Part shown: positions 1-9,012 of the stretch, in pieces
How positions within the stretch are numbered: position 1 is the stretch's first letter
Layout of the letters: the number at the start of each line of letters is the position of its first letter
NCBI GenBank assembly: GCA_937863465.1
Contig: CALMFG010000112.1
Coordinates: forward strand, 1-51,487
Origin: an uncultured Clostridia bacterium
GTDB taxonomy: Bacteria; Bacillota; Clostridia; Christensenellales; CALMFG01
Direction of reading: 5' to 3'
DNA length: 51,487 nt
Notes under the pieces: model-generated
What the model saw: only the letters and a program-made list of their open reading frames with translations
Database searches by the model: none
Told to the model about the DNA's origin: nothing
Translations under genes and position numbers: made by a program

Positions 1-717
1 AATGCAAAATCCGCCGCTCCGGTAAAAAAAGAAACTGAAACGTCGACCGCATCGGCTGCGAAGCCGCCCATTGCGTCTGTGGTAAAACCGGCCAGCGCCC
101 CTGCCGCCGTACCCGAAAGCAACCCCGCTCCGGTGATTCCCGAGCCTGCACTGCCCCAAAGCAAGAACGCCGAAAAGGTGTCCGAAAACTATCAAAGCTA
201 TATGGACAGCCTGCTGCCCACGCGGAAAAAAGCCGTAAAGAAAACAGAAGACGTTGCGCCCGCCAAAGCGGAGAAACCCAAAGCGCCGCCTGCCGAACCC
301 CGCGGGAATTTCCGTGAACAGGCATTAGGAACCGATGACGGAAACAGCGCGTCCCCCGGCGTATCCGCCGCACCGCCAAAAGCGGCGCGCGCCGAAAAGA
401 AGGAAAAGAAACCCGGCATCTTCTCCCGCATGCTGACATCGGTAGCCGACCAGATTGAGCAGGACGGCGAAGTACCGACCGAACCCGAGTTTGACAGCCG
501 GATGGAGATGCATATCAGCGAAAAAACCGAGCGCAATTCGGTGGAAAAACTGATGCCCGGACTGTTTGACAACAGCCCCGAGGAAGAGAAAGTGGAAATA
601 CTGCTGGACCAGAGCGAAGACTTAAAGTTTGAGAGAAGCAAAAAGAAACCCCAGAAGACGGAAGATGAGCGCAATGAAATATTAAAAAAACGCGTGGACA
701 ATCTGTTTAATGATTAA
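1..717 (+). CDS. 3' part of an Ala/Pro/Lys/Glu-rich low-complexity protein; 5' end lies outside the window
   Basis: The frame of ORF 79..717 stays open back to base 1 (NAKSAAPVKKETE...). Composition is strongly biased and no domain is recognisable. TAA stop is followed by a hairpin and T-run. Confidence 0.45.
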   Translation, partial: NAKSAAPVKKETETSTASAAKPPIASVVKPASAPAAVPESNPAPVIPEPALPQSKNAEKVSENYQSYMDSLLPTRKKAVKKTEDVAPAKAEKPKAPPAEPRGNFREQALGTDDGNSASPGVSAAPPKAARAEKKEKKPGIFSRMLTSVADQIEQDGEVPTEPEFDSRMEMHISEKTERNSVEKLMPGLFDNSPEEEKVEILLDQSEDLKFERSKKKPQKTEDERNEILKKRVDNLFND

Positions 718-736
718 GCTAATTTGATGAATTTTA

Positions 737-769
737 AGCACCTGGTCATAAAGAATCGGGTGCTTTTTA
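737..769 (+). terminator. Putative intrinsic terminator
   Basis: AGCACC ... GGTGCT stem followed by TTTTT immediately after the stop at 717. Confidence 0.5.
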
Positions 770-856
770 TTCTGATTTGACTTGAGTTAAACATTCCCGT
801 GATTTATAATTATTATATAGAAAAGAATCGTCATTTGAACGAAAGGTGGAATTATA

Positions 857-2143
857 ATGGCACAGTGTAAAAACTGTAAGGCGACTCTGCCCGAGGGCGT
901 CGGTTTCTGCGAAAAATGCGGCGCGCCGGTTGAAGCGAAAAAGTCAAAAAGCAAAGCCCCCGGACCATTCAACTTTAAGGGGAAATCAGATAAAGCCGGC
1001 GTTTCGGGTAAAGATGCGGCGGCCGATGCTTCTTCCGCGGACAGCGGAATTGAGGCCGAAGCCAAGGCGTGGGCCAAGGAGACCGGCAGTATTACTGAAG
1101 AGCCGGATACAACCACCATTCCCAGCGCGGCTTTTAAGCCCGACAAGCGTGTGGTGCCTTCGGCTGTGTTTATCGCGCGCACCAAAAACGGCGTTTCGGA
1201 CAAGTTCTTCGGTTTAATGCTGTTCTGCGTGGTCATCGCCGTCATCGTTCTGTCCTTTTTGTTGAACACCGGACTCATGGATCCCGACGTATTGCTCAGC
1301 TCGGTCAAGGCCTATCTGCCCCTGCTGCTTCTGGCACTCGGCGCCATTGTCATCGCACGAACCGGCAGCATCGACCTTGGTCTGCCCGCCGTCACAGTGG
1401 TCACTTATTTTCTGCTTTCCGCCGGTTTTTCGGAGACCAACATCTATCCGATGATGATTGTGACTGCTTCGGCCGCGCTGTTTGTCGGTCTTGCGGTGGG
1501 TCTCTTAACCATTATCGGCAAGGTGCCTTCGGTGTTTTCGTCCTTTGCCGTGCTCCTTTTGGGCATTGTTTACACCAAAACCATTCTGGAAAGCGACACC
1601 CAGTTTATGGTCGTCTCCTATACCGATTTAACGGTCAGCATCCTTCCGATCGTATTGGTCTCGGTTTCCGTCATGGCCGCGTTTATTCTGGTCTATATGA
1701 CTAATCTCGGCAAATCGCTATTTAAGAGAAAAGGCATTACGGGCCGAAACAAGGGCCTTTATATCCTGTCCTTCGCGTTTGCCTACCTGCTGGCCGCATG
1801 CGCCGGTATTTTGGCTTCCGTTCACACCAATCTTTCGGCGGATTTCTCCAGCGCTCTGTTCTACACCTTCGATCTGGTTCTCGGCATCCTGTTTATCGTG
1901 GCGCTTAGCGGCGCTTCCACCCTGTTCGACAACCGCTCCATGCCGATTTTAATGACGCTGGTCAGTTTCGTGGCGTGGTTCGGCGTCTGCTTTGTTCTGC
2001 AAAACTCGGTGGGCAAAATGCAGGATCCGCTGGTGGCGTATGCCATCAAATGCGCTTTTGTCCTGCTGGCGCTGATTACCGACCGTGTGTACACTAAAAC
2101 GCATCTTGGTGATTTCTATCAGACAATTTATGTTAAGAAATAG
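857..2143 (+). CDS. Membrane protein with an N-terminal zinc ribbon fused to a BPD_transp_2-like (RbsC/LivH-type ABC permease) polytopic domain
   Basis: CKNC-x12-CEKC zinc-ribbon motif at the N-terminus, then a low-complexity linker and about 9-10 hydrophobic helices. ALGAIVIARTGSIDLGLPAV resembles the GGIDLSVG signature of ribose/branched-chain-type permeases. No ATPase or binding-protein gene is adjacent. Confidence 0.65.
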   Translation: MAQCKNCKATLPEGVGFCEKCGAPVEAKKSKSKAPGPFNFKGKSDKAGVSGKDAAADASSADSGIEAEAKAWAKETGSITEEPDTTTIPSAAFKPDKRVVPSAVFIARTKNGVSDKFFGLMLFCVVIAVIVLSFLLNTGLMDPDVLLSSVKAYLPLLLLALGAIVIARTGSIDLGLPAVTVVTYFLLSAGFSETNIYPMMIVTASAALFVGLAVGLLTIIGKVPSVFSSFAVLLLGIVYTKTILESDTQFMVVSYTDLTVSILPIVLVSVSVMAAFILVYMTNLGKSLFKRKGITGRNKGLYILSFAFAYLLAACAGILASVHTNLSADFSSALFYTFDLVLGILFIVALSGASTLFDNRSMPILMTLVSFVAWFGVCFVLQNSVGKMQDPLVAYAIKCAFVLLALITDRVYTKTHLGDFYQTIYVKK

Positions 2144-2347
2144 AATTCTTATTACTTGCACTCGTTGTTGTTCTGCGGGTGCTTTTTTATTATAATATCT
2201 TGACAGTGAACTTTCTTCGAAATACATCGATTATGTGCTTGGTTACGCTTGGCAACAGCAGGACGCCCTGATTCGTCGCTCTAAATAAGGGACGCCACAA
2301 GACGAATTGCCGCCGGTGTGACAATTCCATTTAAGATAGGTTAGATT

Positions 2348-2605
2348 ATGACTGAATTATCGAGTTTACCGAACGTAGGAAAGGTTTTGGAAAAATCACT
2401 AAAACAGGTGGGTATTTTGACCGCCGATCAATTGCGCACAGTGGGCTCAATCGAAGCGTTTCTGCGTATCCGTGCCAATGTGGATCCCGGTGCCTGCCTT
2501 CATATGTTGTACGGACTTGAAGGCGCTGTTCAAGGCATGCGCGATTCACTCTTACCTGCGGAAGTAAAACAAGATCTTAAGTGCTTTTTTAATTCACTTG
2601 GATAA
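2348..2605 (+). CDS. TfoX C-terminal-domain (TfoX/Sxy family) small protein
   Basis: The 85-aa product (LPNVGKVLEKSLKQVGILTADQLRTVGSIEAFLRI...) resembles stand-alone TfoX_C helix-hairpin-helix proteins. Confidence 0.65.
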   Translation: MTELSSLPNVGKVLEKSLKQVGILTADQLRTVGSIEAFLRIRANVDPGACLHMLYGLEGAVQGMRDSLLPAEVKQDLKCFFNSLG

Positions 2606-2641
2606 AAAAACCGCCCTCATCACAACTAAGCTTAAAAATTA

Positions 2642-3469
2642 CTAAATGCTTCTCTTTGGCTTCTTCGCGATTTCTTGCGGTCTAATCGGTAAAGGATACT
2701 CAGCCAAATCCCGATGTTTCATTTTGGCCAGCAGGAAGAACCCAACCAGTCCAACCGCAAACAGCACCAGACTGATGACCTGCTGCTCTGAGAAAACGCC
2801 GATGGTCTGAACAAAGTCCCCCCGTGTATATTCCAGCCCAAACCGAAGGAGCCCGTAGCCCATCAAATAAACCGCCATCATGCGTCCGGGTACCTTGCTC
2901 TTGTACCGAATTGACATAATCACGGCGAAGATAATCAGGTTGCCGATCATCTCATAGATTGGGTAAGGGTGCAGCGGAACGCCGGACGGCGCAATCGGGC
3001 AGGAAGCCGGATAGATGATGCCCCAGGGCAGGTCAGTGGGCGAACCGTAGCAGCATCCGGCAAACAGACAGCCGATACGGCCGATGGCGTGCCCCAAGGG
3101 AATGGCGGGTGCCGCCGCGTCCACAAAGTACCATACCGGTAGATCCTTTTTTCGGAAAAACAGAATCATCGCGAATACTGCGCCGATGAGACCGCCGTAG
3201 AACAAAAACCCACGCCGGAAATCCGACCACATCAAATCCAAATGACCGATGTAGGATTTCATGTTGATGAAAACATACAGCAGTTTCGCCCCGATCATGA
3301 TGGCGATGAGAATGTACAGATACGCGTCCAGCAACGGTTCTCTAAAATCCTTGCGAAGCCGTCTATCGCCGAAAACAAAGATTAAACATCCGGCCGCCAG
3401 GCCCAGTGTGAAAAATATCGAATAGAAGTGCACATCGAAACCAAAGAGGGTGAAAAATATCGGATGCAT
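2642..3469 (-). CDS. lgt: Prolipoprotein diacylglyceryl transferase
   Basis: Polytopic 275-aa protein with the Lgt signature HAIGRIGCLFAGCCYG and PWG...P motifs. Confidence 0.93.
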   Translation of the reverse strand: MHPIFFTLFGFDVHFYSIFFTLGLAAGCLIFVFGDRRLRKDFREPLLDAYLYILIAIMIGAKLLYVFINMKSYIGHLDLMWSDFRRGFLFYGGLIGAVFAMILFFRKKDLPVWYFVDAAAPAIPLGHAIGRIGCLFAGCCYGSPTDLPWGIIYPASCPIAPSGVPLHPYPIYEMIGNLIIFAVIMSIRYKSKVPGRMMAVYLMGYGLLRFGLEYTRGDFVQTIGVFSEQQVISLVLFAVGLVGFFLLAKMKHRDLAEYPLPIRPQEIAKKPKRSI

Positions 3470-3579
3470 CAGAAATGTTCCTCCTGTGAAAAATCACTAT
3501 GCCATAGATTCTAACATCTCACCCCGCGCTTTGGCAAGTCAGGGGCCAAAGCGCAAAATTTCTGCCCATGATAAATAAC

Positions 3580-3608
3580 TTGCTTTTTTGCTCATGTTTG
3601 ATTATACT
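3580..3608 (+). promoter_or_regulatory. Sigma-A-type promoter for the SAM riboswitch and metK
   Basis: TTGCTT, 17 nt spacer, TATACT. The -10 ends about 14 nt before the riboswitch P1 helix. Confidence 0.6.
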
Positions 3609-3621
3609 TTGCCTTGTACCA

Positions 3622-3738
3622 TCCTTATCAAGAGCAGTCTAGGGAACGGGCCCGATGATGACTGCGGCAACCGGCGAACCACCTTTTCGCCACGGTGCCA
3701 ACTCCCGCAAAGCGGCTTTCGCTTTGGAAGATGAGGGC
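3622..3738 (+). promoter_or_regulatory. SAM-I (S-box) riboswitch
   Basis: Matches the S-box core: CTTATCAAGAGCAG..TAGGGAAC.GGCCCGATGA...GCAACC...GGTGCCAA.TCC.GCA...AGATGAGGG. It lies directly upstream of metK. Confidence 0.9.
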
Positions 3739-3766
3739 TAAATCGATTTCAATCTGATTTACATCC

Positions 3767-3799
3767 AACCTTGTCTTTAAGCAGGGTTTTTGTTTTTTT
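3767..3799 (+). terminator. Putative riboswitch expression-platform terminator
   Basis: AACCTTG / CAGGGTT stem (one G-U pair) followed by TTTTTGTTTTTTT, just before the metK RBS. The stem is short, so the call is tentative. Confidence 0.45.
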
Positions 3800-3821
3800 A
3801 ACGCTTAAAGGAGAAAACAAC

Positions 3822-4976
3822 ATGAAACGACTTTTTACTTCAGAATCCGTCACCGAAGGGCATCCGGACAAAATCTGTGACCAGATTTCAGACGCCGTTC
3901 TGGACGAGATTTTAAAATGCGACAAAAATGCACGCGTCGCGTGCGAAACCGCGGTCAATACCGGCCTTGTTTTGGTGATGGGCGAAATTTCCACCGACTG
4001 CTACGTGGATATTCAGAAAATCGCGCGGGATACCATCCGCGACATCGGATTTACACGCGCCAAGTTCGGCTTTGACGCCGACACCTGCGGCGTCATCACC
4101 AGCATCGACGAACAGTCGGGCGATATTGCGCTGGGCGTGGATCATTCTTCCGAGGATAAAGCGGGCGGACACCTGGGTAAAGGCGCGGGCGACCAGGGCA
4201 TGATGTTTGGGTTCGCCTGCACCGAAACCGAAAGCCTGATGCCCCTGCCCATCAGTCTGGCGCACAGCCTGACCAAACGGCTGGCCGAAGTTCGCAAAAC
4301 CGGTGTTTTGGACTATGTTCGTCCCGATGGTAAATCTCAGGTGACCGTGGAATATGACGGGAATACGCCTGTCCGTGTGGATACCGTGGTGGTTTCCACC
4401 CAGCACGGCGAAGATGTTTCACATGAAACAATCCAGGAGGACATCATCCGCGAGGTGGTGAAGAAAGCCATCCCCGCCCACCTTTTAGACGATAGAACCG
4501 TCTACCACATCAACCCCACCGGCCGGTTCGTCATCGGCGGGCCCAAGGGCGACAGCGGCCTGACTGGACGCAAGATTATCGTGGACACTTACGGCGGGTA
4601 CGGACGGCACGGCGGCGGCGCTTTTTCCGGCAAAGACCCCACCAAGGTGGACCGCAGCGCGGCCTATATGGCCCGGTACGCCGCCAAGAATCTGGTGGCC
4701 GCCGGTCTGGCGGAGAAGTGCGAGATTGAAATCTCCTACGCCATCGGCGTGGCCAAACCGGTTTCGGTCTTTGTGGAAACTTTCGGCACCGGTAAGCTGG
4801 ACGAAGAAGCGATGGCTAAACTGGTTTTGGAGAAGTTCGACCTTCGCCCCGACGCGATTATCGAGCGGCTGGATCTGTTACGTCCCCTCTACAGGCAGGT
4901 AGCGGCCTACGGGCATTTCGGACGCACCGAGCTGAATCTGCCCTGGGAAAAAACCGACGTCGCCAAAACTCTTTAG
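3822..4976 (+). CDS. metK: S-adenosylmethionine synthetase
   Basis: [25 protein letters not shown]..., [19 protein letters not shown]. Start set at ATG 3822 behind AAAGGAG; the ORF-track start at 3771 lies inside the terminator. Confidence 0.97.
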   Translation: MKRLFTSESVTEGHPDKICDQISDAVLDEILKCDKNARVACETAVNTGLVLVMGEISTDCYVDIQKIARDTIRDIGFTRAKFGFDADTCGVITSIDEQSGDIALGVDHSSEDKAGGHLGKGAGDQGMMFGFACTETESLMPLPISLAHSLTKRLAEVRKTGVLDYVRPDGKSQVTVEYDGNTPVRVDTVVVSTQHGEDVSHETIQEDIIREVVKKAIPAHLLDDRTVYHINPTGRFVIGGPKGDSGLTGRKIIVDTYGGYGRHGGGAFSGKDPTKVDRSAAYMARYAAKNLVAAGLAEKCEIEISYAIGVAKPVSVFVETFGTGKLDEEAMAKLVLEKFDLRPDAIIERLDLLRPLYRQVAAYGHFGRTELNLPWEKTDVAKTL

Positions 4977-4986
4977 AATACAAAAC

Positions 4987-5022
4987 AGCGCCGAGTTTTC
5001 AAAAGAAGACCCGGCGCTTTTA
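4987..5022. terminator. Putative bidirectional terminator between convergent metK and the GT39-like gene
   Basis: AGCGCCG ... CGGCGCT stem flanked by T-rich sequence on both strands. Confidence 0.5.
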
Positions 5023-5036
5023 TATTGTCCCACATT

Positions 5037-6524
5037 CTATTTTTCACTAAACGTGCCCGGGTAGATGACGATGCTGTACCAGGACATATCCACGCGTAAG
5101 GTTTTAGGGGTGCCGTTCAAGATAAAATATTTTGAGCGCATCCATTCTCCGGCGGATTGCGTGTCCGTGCCGTTATTTCGCTGAATCAGCCAAACGCGGC
5201 CGGTGGTTTCTATCTCGTCCGGCGATTCGACCATCACGCCGGTGGGCAGGAACGCATCATAGTTGCTGTATCCCCCCGTGCCTTCCTTTTGGTAGTAATA
5301 GTGCTGATACTCCGGGAAGTAGTAGGTAAACGTTCCCAGCGTCTGTTCATCGGTGTGCAAAAACACATCGCCGGGCTGAATCTGCGGTTCGATGAATTCC
5401 ACCGCCTCGGTCATGGGGCCGTTAAAGCGGTGAATCATGGTGAAATAGGTTTGGGGAACCGCAAACGCCAGAATGACCGCACAGCCGATGATGGGCAGAA
5501 TTTTTTTGCCCAAACAGCCGATACCAAAAGTCAGGCCCAGTATAAACGCACCAAGCACAGGCATCATATAGCGTTCCACCAAAACCGGACGGATGATATG
5601 GGATGCGGCCACCGCCGCGCCCAGCGTCAGCACATACACGCCGATGGCCAGAATGGACAGCGTCACGTTCTTATCTTTTTTGATGCTCTGGATGATGATT
5701 CCGAAAACAATCAGCGAAGCCGCTGTGATAAACGCCGCTTCCACCGGAATAATGGACCAGGCAACCGAGAATTTGTTGCTGAACGGGTAAATGAGGGTCA
5801 GATTGATGACATACCCGGTTGTTTCGGTAATCCAATAGCTTTTGGTGACGCGGCTGTACTGCGCCGCCAGATTGATGAGCCAGGGAAGATAGCTCAGCAC
5901 CAGAATTCCCCCCGTGATCAGCAACGGGGCCAGCTTTTTCTTCCCAATCAACATCATGATGAACAGCAGAACACACAGCATGGCGACGGCCATCAGCGCA
6001 TAATAGTGCGTATACATGGCGCAGAACGCAAAAACGCCGAACCGTGTCCAATCCTTCACGCGGTTTTCACGAACCGCCAGGTAGCCGAACAGCAGCGCGG
6101 CCGTGACAAAAAACGCGGCCCAGGTGTACATGCGGGTTTCATGTGCCATCGAGTAGCTGATCGGCATAATCAGCGTCAGGAACGTAAAGATCAGGCCGTA
6201 TCGATTGCCCAGCGCACGGCGCACCGGGCCGATACCCAGCGCGGCCAGCGCCAGAATGCCCAGCGTGGAAAAAGACCGAAGCGCCAGAACCGAACGCCCG
6301 AAAACCAGACAGAAAACGCGGAGCATCAGGTAATACAGCGGCGGATGGCTGTCCGCACCCGAAATGGTGATGATTTCGCCAAACGGATGGTTCACGATGG
6401 CCGCGGTATAGGATTCGTCGTACCACAGACTCTCTTTGGTGATGCCGGAAAAGAGCAGTGCCGCGCCCGCCAGCATGATGACCAGCCATGCGATAATTAC
6501 CCAACGATTGTTTTTTTTCTCCAT
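5037..6524 (-). CDS. ArnT/PMT-like (GT39/GT83-type) membrane glycosyltransferase
   Basis: First-loop motif SLWYDESYT, more than 10 TM helices and a C-terminal soluble domain. Start moved to ATG 6524 (MEKKNNRW) behind GGAGG. Confidence 0.8.
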   Translation of the reverse strand: MEKKNNRWVIIAWLVIMLAGAALLFSGITKESLWYDESYTAAIVNHPFGEIITISGADSHPPLYYLMLRVFCLVFGRSVLALRSFSTLGILALAALGIGPVRRALGNRYGLIFTFLTLIMPISYSMAHETRMYTWAAFFVTAALLFGYLAVRENRVKDWTRFGVFAFCAMYTHYYALMAVAMLCVLLFIMMLIGKKKLAPLLITGGILVLSYLPWLINLAAQYSRVTKSYWITETTGYVINLTLIYPFSNKFSVAWSIIPVEAAFITAASLIVFGIIIQSIKKDKNVTLSILAIGVYVLTLGAAVAASHIIRPVLVERYMMPVLGAFILGLTFGIGCLGKKILPIIGCAVILAFAVPQTYFTMIHRFNGPMTEAVEFIEPQIQPGDVFLHTDEQTLGTFTYYFPEYQHYYYQKEGTGGYSNYDAFLPTGVMVESPDEIETTGRVWLIQRNNGTDTQSAGEWMRSKYFILNGTPKTLRVDMSWYSIVIYPGTFSEK

Positions 6525-6618
6525 ACTTCCTGCCGCCTCCGAATTTTCAAATATTAAAAACATCATACCAGTCAGGCCGATTTTCGACAATAGGCAACAA
6601 AAAAGAGCCTTGCAGGCT

Positions 6619-7569
6619 CTAGTTTTTACGAATATCCGGGTACCCGGCCGGAATCAGATATTTGGCCGAGATTTTTGAGAACAGTCGGGAGTAGATGCGG
6701 TCGCCATAGCGCGAAACAAAATCCTCGGGTGTCAGGTTGGTCGCGATGACCGTCGCCTTGCCCATCGTTTCCCGCGCGCTGATGAGGTTATAGAAATACT
6801 CGACGGTGACGTTTTTGGTCATAATTTCGGTGCCGAGGTCGTCAATCGCCAAAAGCGGCACGTCCTCATACCGCTCCAAATCCACGTTTTCGCCCAATCG
6901 GTGGTTGTAGAAGTCTTTAAACAGCCGTCCGGCGGTGGTGTACATCGCAATCTGCCCGTTTTGCAGAGCGCGGGTAACCACGGCCTGCGCCAAAAAGCTT
7001 TTGCCCGTTCCCGCACTCCCCATCAGAATCAGGTTTTTTTCGCCGTCTTCAAACGCCGCCGCGGCATATTTCTCGCAGCGCTCTTTTAATGTCTGCATAT
7101 ACTGCCGCTGGCTGACCTTTTCTTTGCCTTTTTCGTCGCTGAAAACACCGGCGTCGAAGGTTTCAAACGACCCGCTGTACTCGGGCAGCCCGCTGTCCTT
7201 GATGCGCGCCTCTAGGAGATATCGATCGTAGCAGGCACATCGCCCGCCATTCGGCGCAACGCCGGTGTCGCCGCAGATTGCGCAGACCGCTTTGGGGATC
7301 AGCGCATCGGCCGCAAAGCCGTTTTGTGTCAGCTTGGCCGCGATTTCTTTCGTCAGCGCATCGCGCCGCGTTTTCAGAGCCGTCCTATCCAGCCTTTTAT
7401 TGATGCCGCTTTGGAGAATATCCAGATTGACCTGCAGAAGTTCGGTCTCCAGTCCAGCCAGCTCGGGCACTTTGGCGTATGCGTTCTGCCGAGTCTCCTC
7501 GACCTGCTGTGCCTTTCGGTAGGCAATCTGCTGGTACCGCACTTTGACGTTTTCGTGGGCCGCGCTCAT
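6619..7569 (-). CDS. DnaI/DnaC-like AAA+ replicative helicase loader
   Basis: Walker A LMGSAGTGKS, Walker B LLAIDDLG, N-terminal Cys cluster CAICGDTG...GRCACY. The start overlaps the upstream stop (ATGA), indicating translational coupling with the DnaD-domain gene. Confidence 0.85.
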   Translation of the reverse strand: MSAAHENVKVRYQQIAYRKAQQVEETRQNAYAKVPELAGLETELLQVNLDILQSGINKRLDRTALKTRRDALTKEIAAKLTQNGFAADALIPKAVCAICGDTGVAPNGGRCACYDRYLLEARIKDSGLPEYSGSFETFDAGVFSDEKGKEKVSQRQYMQTLKERCEKYAAAAFEDGEKNLILMGSAGTGKSFLAQAVVTRALQNGQIAMYTTAGRLFKDFYNHRLGENVDLERYEDVPLLAIDDLGTEIMTKNVTVEYFYNLISARETMGKATVIATNLTPEDFVSRYGDRIYSRLFSKISAKYLIPAGYPDIRKN

Positions 7570-8291
7570 TCGTCCGCCTCCGTTCCAAAGTCCAGCTCAT
7601 CCAGCACGCTTTGGAAGTCCTCGGCCGAATAGGCCCGCTGGCGAATCGCCGCGTCCGAGCCCTTTTTTGCCGCCGAGGTGTTTCCAAAAGCGTCTTTGGT
7701 CAGCATTCCTTTTTCCTTTAAGTTGGCTAATATCTTGGTCATATACTGAAACGGATTGTTGGCGCCGGCGCTGGCTTCGGCCACAGCCGACAGCAGATCA
7801 GGCGCAAACACATCCTCGTTGGTCCACTTTAAATACGCGTTAAAATGCGCCTCATTCAGCGCCGTTTTGACGCCCGCTTTTTTAAACAGCGCATACGCGC
7901 CGGTCTGAAAGTCGTTTCTTCCGGTGAGGTACGCCGCCACATCGGCTTTGGTTTTCAGCCCCTGCGCCTGCCAGCTTTCCAGCACGGTTTTGACGTAATT
8001 TAAGCTGGGGGTCTGCCGCTTGGCCGCTTCGCCGAAAGCCAGCTTCAAAACCGCGTCGCTGGCGCAAAGCTCCTTCAGCGCCGAAACGCGTTTGATGTTG
8101 GGCGGGTTTAATTTTAAGCCCAGCATGCCCAAAAGCTCCTTGGCTTCGTTCCGCGCTTTGCTCTCGTCGGCCTTGGTTTCGCTCACCTTGCGGGACGTGG
8201 TGGCACCCTTGCTTTTCAGGCTGGCAAGAACACTATCGATATAATTGAAGCTGGGGTTGGTCGTCGCCGAAATATCGCCGATGGCCGTCAA
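7566..8291 (-). CDS. DnaD-domain (DnaB_2/DDBH2) repeat protein, distal part of a gene split by an in-frame TAG
   Basis: Three repeats of the DnaD C-terminal signature: NPSFNYIDSVLASLKSKG, TPSLNYVKTVLESWQAQG and NNPFQYMTKILANLKEKG. The ORF-track start is TTG 8291. The same frame is open upstream to the TAG at 8340-8342. Confidence 0.7.
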   Translation of the reverse strand: MTAIGDISATTNPSFNYIDSVLASLKSKGATTSRKVSETKADESKARNEAKELLGMLGLKLNPPNIKRVSALKELCASDAVLKLAFGEAAKRQTPSLNYVKTVLESWQAQGLKTKADVAAYLTGRNDFQTGAYALFKKAGVKTALNEAHFNAYLKWTNEDVFAPDLLSAVAEASAGANNPFQYMTKILANLKEKGMLTKDAFGNTSAAKKGSDAAIRQRAYSAEDFQSVLDELDFGTEADE

Positions 8292-8339
8292 TATTGCGTC
8301 CTGCGAAAAACCCCATTCGGTGGTCCATTTTTGAAAGAG

Positions 8340-8999
8340 CTACATCTCGGGGCGGCTGGGCAGACGACCCGAAACGCCGATGTAGCTTAAAACACGATTG
8401 GCCCCGCCGCTGATGCGCTCATAGCGGTCAATCTCGGCCATGGCGGCCTCTACGCTGTCGATGCCCTTTTCGGCCCAGCTTTTGGCCACCGCGTTCATAT
8501 AGCTGATGTTCACACTGCGTCCTTTTCGGGACACCGAGTATTCGATGACCATCATGGCCACTTCTTTAGGCAGACCCAAGACATCCGTCCAGTCGTAGAT
8601 CAGCTCAAACTCGCCGGTCTTTAGGATATGCGTGCCGAACAGCTTTTGGAGTGCGTCGTTGTAGTCCTTGTCGGTATAAAGCTGGCTTCCCCGTTTTTTC
8701 CCCGTGGCGGAGGTTTCTTTCAGTTCCACCCAGGTCTCGGCCTGATTTTTGATGGTGAGCACACCCCGGCCCTGCCAGTATTCCAGCGCGGCGATCACCT
8801 CGGTCTCGCGCGTGTTCAGCCGATTGGCGATTTCGGAAACCAGCGGCTTTTTAAACGCGGCAAAATAGCACGTCACCAGATAGACTTTGACAAAGTCGCC
8901 GGGGGCGTAGACCAGATGTTCTTCGATAAATGCGTTTGGGATTTCGATGTTGTGATTAGAATTTGCGAAGGTCATGATTTTGTTGGATGGGGCCGCCAT
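8340..8999 (-). CDS. DnaD/DnaB(Bsu)-like replication initiation protein, proximal part (winged-helix N-domain plus first DnaD domain)
   Basis: IEIPNAFIEEHLVYAPGDFVKVYLV N-domain, then ...ELIYDWTDVLGLPKEVAMMVIEYSV...ISYMNAVAKSWAEKG. Start placed at ATG 8999 (MAAPSNK) to avoid overlap with the upstream gene. Ends at TAG 8340-8342. Confidence 0.75.
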   Translation of the reverse strand: MAAPSNKIMTFANSNHNIEIPNAFIEEHLVYAPGDFVKVYLVTCYFAAFKKPLVSEIANRLNTRETEVIAALEYWQGRGVLTIKNQAETWVELKETSATGKKRGSQLYTDKDYNDALQKLFGTHILKTGEFELIYDWTDVLGLPKEVAMMVIEYSVSRKGRSVNISYMNAVAKSWAEKGIDSVEAAMAEIDRYERISGGANRVLSYIGVSGRLPSRPEM

Positions 9000-9012
9000 C
9001 GCAAATCCTTTC

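Noticed and set aside
2230-2347. Structured leader upstream of the TfoX_C gene: inverted repeat ATTCGTC (2271-2277) / GACGAAT (2301-2307) and direct repeat GGACGCC.
   Set aside because: It does not match any riboswitch class I can recognise, has no downstream T-run, and the stems are short. It may be a minor mRNA structure.
5157-6557. Long antisense ORFs opposite well-supported genes. Examples are 5157..6557 (466 aa), 48961..50277 (438 aa), 15304..15891, 27559..28128, 20342..21001 and 46788..47477.
   Set aside because: Their translations are Arg/His/Gln/Gly-rich with no recognisable motifs. Each lies fully inside a gene on the other strand that has clear family signatures. This is the usual artefact of GC-biased codon usage.
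8340-8342. The in-frame TAG in the DnaD-like gene as evidence for genome-wide TAG reassignment or pyrrolysine decoding.
   Set aside because: TAG is the terminating codon of several well-defined genes in this window, with ends at family-typical positions (857..2143, lgt, metK, the GT39-like gene). No pyl genes are visible here. A local event is far more likely than a recoded genome.
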